Shown one piece after another: positions 53,961-64,000 of a DNA stretch of 64,000 nt (position 1 is its first letter; every line of letters begins with the position of its first letter). This DNA is from Octopus vulgaris (lineage: Eukaryota), in contig OX597821.1 in assembly GCA_951406725.2 (NCBI GenBank), positions 11,284,001-11,348,000 of the forward strand, given 5' to 3'. The notes below the pieces were generated by a model. It saw nothing but the letters and a program-made list of their open reading frames with translations. It did not search any database and was not told the DNA's origin. The translations under genes were made by a program, and so were the position numbers.

Positions 53961-54812
53961 CGATGAAGAAGAAGAAAAAAGGAAGTTGATGATGATGATG
54001 ATGACAAAGAAGATAAGCAGAGGAGGAGGAGGAGGAGGAAGAAGAAGAAGAAGAAGGAGGAGGAGGAGGAACAGGAGGAGGAGGAGGAGGAGGAGGAGAA
54101 GAAGAAGAAGAAGAAGAAGAAGAAGAAGAAGAAGAGATGTTGAAGAAGAAAAGAAAGAAAAGAAATAGATTGAAGAAGTGCGAGAAGGGGAGGAGGAATG
54201 GTGAGGAATGGGTGGAGTAGGAGTTAAAGGAAAGCATGGAGAGAATCAACAAGAGAATAGAGACAAAAGAAGGTCTAAGAATGGCGGTGTTGAGAAAAGA
54301 AAAGAATGGAAGCGTGTGCGAAAAAGAGAGACACATACAGAGAAAGAGAGAGAGACTGAAAGAGAGAGATAGAAAGACACAAAGAGAGAGACTGACAGAG
54401 AGAGACAGACACAAAGAGAGAGAGAGAGAAAGAGACTGACAGAGAGAGAGACACACACACACAAAGAGAGAGAGAAAGAGACTGACAGAGATAGATGGAA
54501 AGATACAAAGAGAGAGACTGACAGAGAGAGACAGACACAAAGAGAGAGAGAAAGAGACTGACAGAGAGAGATAGAAAGATACAAAGAGAGAGTGACATAC
54601 GCAAAGAGAGAGTGACAGACACAAAGAGAGAGTGACAGACAGACACAAAGAGAGAGAGAGATTGACACAAAGAGAGAGAGACAGGCAGACAAAGAGAGAT
54701 AGAAAGACACAAAGAGAGATAGACACAAAGAGAGAGAGACAGGCAGACAGAGAGATATAGAAAGACACAAAGAGAGAGAGAAAGAGACCGACAGAAAGAG
54801 ATAGAAAGCCAC

Positions 54813-54862
<50 letters not shown>
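53795..54862. repeat. Compound triplet repeats (CAG, GGA, GTA, GAT, GAA) then a degenerate (AG)n/GACACAAAGAGAG minisatellite
   Basis: Directly visible. Confidence 0.95.
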
Positions 54863-54864
<2 letters not shown>

Positions 54865-55169
54865 GGAGACGACTGAAACTATTTGCATGCCTTGGAAGTC
54901 TGAATGTCATGTTTCCTGGAGCTGCGCTATTTTGTTTGCTGAAGTAATTTCATAGAAGACAACGAGAACATTAATGTAAGATCAAGATCATGTCATATCA
55001 CATATAAATTGGATTTAAAGGATTACGAAATTCGAATAGGTTCTATAATGAAATCTGTGATCAAATGTAAAGGCGAGGGAGGAATATGCCTTATAGAGAT
55101 AGATGTATGCGTGGATATGTATATTGATGTATACACACACACAATTATATATATATATATATATATATA

Positions 55170-56172
55170 CGATCGAAACGCCCTCCCCCGCCCAATGGAT
55201 GGTGCTGAGTTGTCAAACATTTAAAACAAATTTTCTCAACTTGTCCGACCGTCCCATACGCCTCCCTTTGAGAAACACTGATTTAACCTAAAATTGAGAC
55301 ACCAGCAAAAGAAGAAATAAAGATAGACCTTTATTCTATTCCAAAGAAAAACGATTTTATTCACACAAATCTGCAACCGAGAACTACGTTAAGGGTACAC
55401 GTGTCTGTGGAGTGCTCAGCCACTTACACGTTAATTTCACGAGCAGGCTGTTCCGTTGATTCGGATCAACCGGAACCCTCGTCGTCGTAACCGACAGAGT
55501 GCTTCCAGGACTAAACACAAGACAACATGACTAATAACACAACTATACCTGCACCTAATAACCCACACTTGCACTGGTATGTTTAGCAGTTTACAAATGC
55601 ACCTACAATTGAATGCACTTGTTACCAGTAATGATAAGGATGTTGACTGGGGAAGTTTATTAGCAAGAAAATAGTATTTTCTTCCTTGAATAGAAAGCAA
55701 TCAGTGTTTTCTTTTCATTAAAAAATAATTAAGCATGCCTTTATTTCAACAATTTTTGGTTTTGTTAAACAAAGTTAAGGCAAAAACAAAACTTCTTGAG
55801 AAACCAAATAGTCTTTCCTTCCTTCATGCCAAGTTTGAAGAAAATATCTCTTTTGCATCTTACTTTTTTTGGTCTCTTAAATATATTGCATTTTGTGCCA
55901 TTACTTCAAGCCAGCCGACTTTTTTGCGCAAACTGCACGTGCATTTTTTCGCGTACGCGTAGAATCGATCGCAGAAGCTGATGTACTTGCGCGTACAAAT
56001 GCACGTTCCTACGGCTTTATCGATCGCATTCTCACCTGGAATCGATTTTTGTAATTTTTTCAAGATTTATGCACGCCCTGATACCGTCGGTATCTACATA
56101 TCAAAGTTGAGCGCAATCGGATGGAGAATGCCCGAGATCCTACAAGACACACACATACAAACAGACAGACAA
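55170..56172 (-). mobile_element. Helitron-like element (family of 17619-18180) containing a 243-bp local duplication
   Basis: Both ends align to 17619-18180; 55381-55623 is foreign and matches 57267-57511. Confidence 0.75.
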
Positions 56173-56174
56173 AA

Positions 56175-56271
56175 CGCTCAATAAAGACTCACAACGCCCG
56201 GTCTGGAAATCGAAACCACGACCCTACGACGGCGAGTCCACTGCTCTAACCACTGGGCCACTGCACCTCCA
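56175..56271 (-). mobile_element. SINE family 3 head fragment
   Basis: Reverse complement of tggaggtgcagtggcccagtggttag...ttattgagcg. Confidence 0.8.
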
Positions 56272-56278
56272 TACATAC

Positions 56279-56448
<170 letters not shown>

Positions 56449-56462
56449 ATACATATATATAG

Positions 56463-56551
<89 letters not shown>

Positions 56552-56556
56552 ATATG

Positions 56557-56604
<48 letters not shown>

Positions 56605-56655
56605 TATACATATATATATATACATATACATATATATATATACATACATATATAG

Positions 56656-56761
<106 letters not shown>

Positions 56762-57007
56762 CATAAAGGCGTGCCCATACGTCTACCTGCTAGAAATGAG
56801 AGATAAAACCCACGTTTAAACCACCAAAATAACACTGGAACCAATAATAGAATGAAGAGTACTCGGGTGTATATGTACATACACATACACACACAATGGA
56901 CTTCTTCCATCTTCCGTTTACGAAATTCTCCATTCAGAATGCTTTAGTCGTCGAGGGGCGTTAGTAGAAAACACTTGCCCAGTGTGCCATGTAGTAGGAC
57001 TAAACAC

Positions 57008-57393
57008 CGTGGAGGCGCAATGGCCCAGTGGTTAGGGCAGCGGACTCGCGGTCATAGGATCGCGGTTTCGATTCCCAGACCGGGCGTTGTGAGTGTTTAT
57101 TGAGCGAAAACACCTAAAGCTCCACGAGGCTCCGGCAGGGGATGGTGGTGAACCCTGCTGTACTCTTTCACCACAACTTTCTCTCACTCTTACTTCCTGT
57201 TTCTGTTGTACCTGTATTTCAAAGGGCCGGCCTTGTCACTCTCTGTGTCACGCTGAATATCCCCGAGAACTACGTTAAGGGGTACACGTGTCTGTGGAGT
57301 GTTCAGCCACTTACACGTTAATTTCACGAGCAGGCTGTTCCGTTGATTCGGATCAACCGGAACCCTCGTCGTCGTAACCGACAGAGTGCTTCC
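57008..57393 (+). mobile_element. SINE family 3, full length, inserted into an old family-1 SINE
   Basis: 12-bp TSD AGGACTAAACAC at 56996-57007 and 57394-57405; both flanks continue a minus-strand family-1 copy. Confidence 0.92.
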
Positions 57394-57711
57394 AGGACTA
57401 AACACAAGACAACATGACTAATAACACAGCTATACCTGCACCTAATAACCCACACTTGCACTGGTATGTTTAGCAGTTTACAAATGCACCTACAATTGAA
57501 TGCACTTGTTAATATCTTCATTTGCCCCAACCAAAGAAAAATCAATGTTGACCTTGTTAAAATATTCAGTGACTGTCGTAGAGTAAAAATTTAAATACCT
57601 CCAATCAGTATATATTTTTATATTTTATTATATATTTTTTTAATTTTGTACATGCGTGTATACGTGTGTGTGTGTGTGAATGAGTACGTGCGTGTGTATG
57701 TGCATGTGTGC

Positions 57712-57742
<31 letters not shown>

Positions 57743-57871
57743 AGTCTGTGTGTCTTTGAGAATCACTAATTAGTTGGAAGGTAACAACTGGAAGTGACAT
57801 TCGCAGAGTAAAAGAAAAGAAGCATGCAGTGAAAGAGTTTATTTTTTATGTATGTACATACTTATATAAAT

Positions 57872-58042
<171 letters not shown>

Positions 58043-58768
58043 CACAGTATACATGTATATTCTTATATTTATTCATTTATTCATCTAATTATTTATTTAT
58101 TCATAAACATAGCTTTTCGGTAAGATTTTCCTTTCAGTTGAGAATCGAAATGCTAATATGTTGAGTGGCTACCATGTTTATTGATCATCGTTATACGGAT
58201 CGATAAATCGTTTAAAATCTTTCTTCTAGTGTTCAGTTGTTTTAACTTAACAACTGACTGTGTGGGGGTAAGTTCACATTATGTATTTATTCATTTATTT
58301 ATTTATTTGTGTATTTGTTTGTTTATTTACCTTTTTAATTGTTTATTCATTATATATCTATTTATTTGTTTGTTTATTATTTATTCATTTGTAAGTATCT
58401 TGTTGACAAAATTAGTATGGGTTATTTTGTTATGTATTCTCAAGCAAGTACTGATCGTTCTGGCTTATTATCAAACGCATTACAGCTTTACATAGGACCA
58501 ATATCTTAGAGCCAAACGTCAGTGACACATCTCAGACCAATAAGCATTGGAGTGGCGGCAGAAATGGTAGAAGACCGTACCGAATATACGAATTGATCTC
58601 TTTACTTATATCCTATAAACATTGGTTCCAGATCCCGTCATCGTGGACCTTTTTTTTCCTCCTTACGGCATCGACTAAATAACAACCAGTTATACACCCA
58701 GGGCAAATTCAATCAACCATGTATTCACCTCCTTCTCCTACTAATGCATTGGTAGAAGAAAGAATAAA

Positions 58769-59165
58769 TCTTTATATATAAAAGTAAGGTTGTGTGCTGT
58801 CTGTCTCCTACGATTTAGATTCCTAACTACTCCCACATTTTGCGGTGCAGTTTAACCAAAACCGGGTATCTTATAGTCGTGATTCATATCGAGCCCTTCT
58901 GTGTATTAGCGCGCGTCTACGATGAGTCTATGATTTTTAAAAAAATTTACCATCAATTTTTCCCATTTTTGATGCATTTTTGGCATATATAAGGGAAGTA
59001 ACTCTCTAAAAATTTATCATTAAATCTCAGAACGTAAAAAGCTACAGTAACACCTCCGCCCTTTGTGGTCAGCCATTTTAGATGGCTATTATACTTTACA
59101 TCTCTAAAAATGCTTATATAGTTATTTCCCTTACAAATCCGAGCAATGCCGGGCGATACTGCTAG
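58769..59165 (+). mobile_element. Complete non-autonomous Helitron (397 bp)
   Basis: A|TC start, 3' hairpin ccgagcaatgccggg, CTAG|T end, no TSD. Confidence 0.85.
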
Positions 59166-59333
59166 TGGAAAATAAAATTGTTTTACATCATCAATGGCGG
59201 CTGGCTAGCAGAATCCTTAACTCGTCAGTTGAACTGTTTAACAGTATATTTTCTGATTGTTACTTTCTAAGTTTAAATTCCTCCGAGGTTAACTTCGCCT
59301 TATTTCCTTTCAGAGTCGACGTAATAAGTATCA

Positions 59334-59730
59334 AAGGCGGCGAGCTGGCAGAAACGTTAGCACGCCGGGCAAAATGCGTAACCGTATTTCGTCTGCCGTT
59401 ACGTTCTGAGTTCAAATTCCGCCGAGGTCGACTTTGCCTTTCATCCTTTCGGGGTCGATTAAATAAGTACCAGTTACGCACTGGGGTCGGTATAATCGAC
59501 TTAATCCGTTTGTCTGTCCTTGTTTGTCCTCTCTGTGTTGCCCCTTGTGGGTAGTAAAGAAATAGGTATTTCGTCTGTCTTTACGTTCTGAGTTCAAATT
59601 CCGCCGAGGTCGACTTTGCCTTTCATCCTATCGGGGTCGATTAATTACGTATCAGTTGCGTAGTTGAGTCGATCTAATAGACTGGCCTCCTCCTCCATAA
59701 TTTCGAGTCTCGCGCCTAGAACAGAAAATG
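59334..59730 (+). mobile_element. SINE family 2 dimer
   Basis: Head-body-tail B, junction gaaataggtatttc, then body-tail A. Confidence 0.9.
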
Positions 59731-60676
59731 ATATAAGTATCAGTTGAATACTGTAGTTGATATAATCGACTATCCTATAGCCACTAAAATTGCTAGCTTT
59801 GCATTAAAATTTAAAACAGGTGGCGAGTTGACAGGATTAGCGCGTTGGACAACATGCTAATCGACATTTCTTCCGTCTCTTTATGTTCCGAGTTCAAATT
59901 CTGCCGAGATCATTTTAACTCACATCTTTTGCGATAGATATAATAAGTACTAGTCAAGTACAAGGGTCAATGTATCCTTCTTAGCCTCTCAATAAAATTT
60001 CTGGCTTATGCCAAAATTAGAAAAAGTTAAAAAGAAATTACATTTTATCGACGTTGCGATATCATGAATTCTGGTTATTCTATGAACTTTGTTTCAGACA
60101 ATCCAAATAAAATTTATTAAAGTTCTTTGTACCATCTCAAATAATAACTGAAGTTTGTAGGGGTCAGTAAATACGGATGTGGGATCCTTTATTCAGTCAT
60201 GATGAAGATTAATTCATTGAGTAGAAGAAATGCTAACATCTCAATCAATGGTTCATATTAAATACACGAGTTTTAAAAAAGTGTTTAATCGATTTCTTTC
60301 TATTTCTTCATCGTCGCTAAAATAAAAACTTGCCGTCAAAGAATATCTTTTCCCAACTAACGGATTTGCTATGTTCTCTCATTTATTCATTAAAAGAATT
60401 CTCTGACAACCTCAAAGGGTTATTTGTAGAGATTCTGTCGGTTAATATCGGTTACAAATTTTGACATAGGACCAGCAGTTTATGAGTGAGGAGCTAAGTC
60501 GATTCAATCGAACCCAGTGCTCAACCCCGGAAGAATGAAAGGCAAACGCGATCCCAGTGGAATTTGAACTCAAAACATAAAGACAGACGAAATGCTGCTA
60601 AGCATTTTGACTGGCATGCTAACGATTCTGCCAGCTCGCCGACTTAATCTGTCAGTTAATATTAAACATGCATACA

Positions 60677-61297
60677 AGGCGGTGAGCTGGGAGAAACGTT
60701 AGCACGCCGGGCGAAATGCGTAGCCGTATTTCGTCTGCCGTTACGTTCTGAGTTCAAATTCCACCGAGGTCGACTTTGCCTTTCATCCTTTCGGGGTCGA
60801 TTAATTAAGTACCAGTTACGCACTGGAGTCGATGTAATCGACTTAATCCGTTTGTCTGTCCTTGTTTGTCTTATCTGTGTAGCTCCTTGTGGGTAGTAAA
60901 GAAATAGGTATTTCGTCTGCCGTTACGTTCTGAGTTCAAATTCCGCCGAGGTCGACTTTACCTTTCATCCTTTCGGAGTCGATTAAATAAGTTCCAGTCA
61001 CGCACTGGGGTCGATATAATCGACTTAATCCGTTTGTCTGTCCTTGTTTGTCCCTCTATGTTCAGCCCCTTGTGGACAGTAAAGAAATAAGAAACGTTAG
61101 CACGCTGGGCTAAATTCTTAGCGGTATTTCGTCTGTCTTCACGTTCTAAGTTCAAATTCCACCGGGGTCGACTTTGCCTTTCATCTCTCGAGGTCGATAA
61201 ATTAAGTATCAGTTGCGTACTGGGGTTGATCTAATCGACTGCCCCTCCCACCACTCACCACAAATTTCGGGCCTTGTGCCTAAAGTAGAAAAGAATA
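60677..61297 (+). mobile_element. SINE family 2 trimer
   Basis: Same architecture as 44153-44750; head-to-head with a minus copy at 60450-60645. Confidence 0.9.
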
Positions 61298-62782
61298 TTA
61301 AGCATGCATACGTACATGAATGTGAGCAACGAATTTTGACAGTTGTCCATGTATGTAAGTCATCTTTATCCACGTCACTGATGTTTAGCAAAGTAAAAGG
61401 CTGCGGAGTTGGGCCGCCACGGCTTGATATCTGTATGAACACAAAGAGCTGGAGCGCATTCCGCTGGGCATCTGGTCCAAACCTCTAACAGTTCCAAGGC
61501 CATCGCCTTGGATTGTCTCCTATTTGTCGACCTCAGAAGGATGAAAGGTGAAATTAACCTCGATGGGATTCCATCTGTAACTCGGAACAAATATTGCAAT
61601 GCATTTCACTTTCCTCCTTACAGTTCAACCGTCCTGCACTGCTACATTTCCATCGATGAAAAGCAATATTAACCATGAGTGGATTCGAACTTAAAGTGCA
61701 AAGAATACGAGCAAATACTTCAAGGCACCCGGAGCGATTCTCTAATAGTTCCGCCAAACCACCGCTCCGGATTGGTATTTTATTAACCTCGAAAAAAAAA
61801 AATGGAAAAGCAGAAGTGACCTTAGCGGAATTTGAAGTCAGATCGTGAAGAATCGAAACAAATATTGCGAACTATTCTATCCAACACTTGAATAACTCTG
61901 GCAATTTACTGCTTTGACTATAGACATAATAACAGAGTTCCCTATATCCAATATGATGAATTAAAAGAAAATCTTCCTACAAAAGAGATTATCTTAGCAA
62001 CTAGCTGACAAAAACTTGAGATATTTAAAAACTAGACAGCAACAAGCAAGGAAGGTCTAGTTGACTGAAATTTCTGGACAAATTGCTTTTGTTGATTTTT
62101 CTTCTTTTTTTTTTTTTTGATGTCAATAGACAGAATTCTTGCTCTATAATTGCCTGGATAATGTCGGTTGATTAACTTATAAAATAGGACGTATAAAACC
62201 CTAGCTTATTTGTATTGAACAAGTGGAACACTCCTATAATATATTTTCTCTCAATCATAACTAGAGTCATTATATTCCATATGTATGTGTTTGAGTGTGT
62301 GAGAGTGTCCGCGTTTGTGTAACTATGACAACTATAATGAAAAGCAATGCAATTTCAAGCCTACAACAAAGCACTTGGTCACATGCACGATTTCAGAAAG
62401 AAAAGAAAAAGATTCAACAACGACCGCCAACGTAAATTATACTAAATGCAGATGACAAAAGTGAAAGTAATATCCTAAACTCAAAGATCGCAAAAGTCAT
62501 GTCTATTTATATTTATTCTTTATTTTTCAAATTATCCAAATTCCAGAAACATAATAATATCCATCTGGATACGATTGAACATATACGTTATCATATGTTC
62601 ATATCCAAATTCACTCGCAGTGCATAGGTCGTTTCCTGTATCAATTGGCCGCCATAGAGCTTTGGTTCTGTTTTGTTTATATATCTATCTTTTTTGTTTC
62701 TTTTCATTGCTTATCTATTTATTTATTTATTCCATGAACTTCATAAGACCGTACTGAGGATAATAGTACAGACGAAAAAGGA

Positions 62783-62823
<41 letters not shown>

Positions 62824-63012
62824 TACTAGACAGCAAAGAGGAATATATATTAGCTTCTGATAGTGAGAGGTTGGTTATATAGATACGTCGGGGATGGCGA
62901 CATTCTTCTAAAACGAAAGTGTACTTTAACCGATAAACATATATCCAATAAAAGCAACTACAAAAGTGCGTGTGTGGGCGGTACACTCGCATACATAATC
63001 ATACATATATAC

Positions 63013-63044
<32 letters not shown>

Positions 63045-63310
63045 TTTTTCGTTTCTCATTGTGTTCAACATTTTTTTGATGTCCTGTACCCATATATGCA
63101 TGTATATATACATATATATGTAGGTATGTACATATATGTATGTATATGTGCATATATTTATATATTATTCATATTATATATATATATATATACATAAATG
63201 CATATATCAATACATATCTACATATTTGTGTGTGTACATGTATATACCGATATTCATATATATATACACATATATATATATATATATCCATACCTATACA
63301 TATATATATA

Positions 63311-63391
<81 letters not shown>

Positions 63392-64000
63392 GGTGGGTAT
63401 ACCAATATCAATATACACCAATATCAAACCATGACAAGGCGTAACCTTCCTCGACCAATCGCAGGCCGCTTTACGGGAATATCAATCAACTTCTGTCATT
63501 CAAATTCAAAATGGCAGACGACTAGCTTGGAGCTTGAAACTCAAGTGTGCCAACGAATTTGAATCAAACTGTTTTGATCCATATATATATACATACACAC
63601 ACAGACACGCACACACGCATTCACTCACTTATATATCCATCAGATATAAGCTTTTTAAAACACAGCATACTCATAACAGATGTTATCATTGGACAAATTC
63701 TGCTGTAAATTGCCTGTCAACGAAGTGTATACATGAAGCATGAAACATAGAGAGCTATTTTAATTTGATAATGCTTCAGTTGTGCATACTAGACACACAC
63801 AAAGCATACGTAAACATAAGCGTGTACGCAAACACTCCTCCGCCTGCGTTCACATTATCTGCTCCTGCAGAGTTTCTATCTAAACAAATTACACTTATAT
63901 GGTATGGGTGAGTTGTTGCCTCATTTTATGAACCCCTGAAGTATAAAAAGATATAAAGCAAACGCCATTTCTGCGGGATTTGAAAGCAAGCCGTAAAATG

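Noticed and set aside
53755-54910. 377-aa Ser/Leu-rich, membrane-like ORF
   Set aside because: Antisense of AG-rich and triplet repeats.
57009-57085. tRNA gene
   Set aside because: tRNA-derived SINE head continuous with the SINE body and bounded by TSDs; no proper acceptor stem.
63430-63570. Promoter (CCAAT plus AAAATGGC)
   Set aside because: Short motifs expected by chance; no linked gene start identified.

Overview
AT-rich, microsatellite-saturated eukaryotic DNA with one 100-N assembly gap. The repeat families suggest a cephalopod (octopus-like) genome; this is inference. Most long ORFs in the supplied track are microsatellite artefacts. Recognisable content: three tRNA-headed SINE families, a decayed RTE LINE with a ~58-bp target duplication, L1/Tx1-type ORF1 scraps, an R4/Dong-type endonuclease fragment, several non-autonomous Helitron-like elements, mariner/piggyBac/hAT relics, and Penelope-like elements carrying type I hammerhead ribozyme motifs. 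Scattered among the repeats (9.7-30 kb, minus strand) is a chain of short, splice-phase-compatible exons that the ORF track does not assemble. They splice into a continuous ~255-318 codon frame ending in TAA followed by AATAAA. I do not recognise the protein. Its motif pattern loosely suggests one or two degenerate SGNH/OSK-like alpha/beta units. The gene model was built by eye and needs RNA-seq confirmation.
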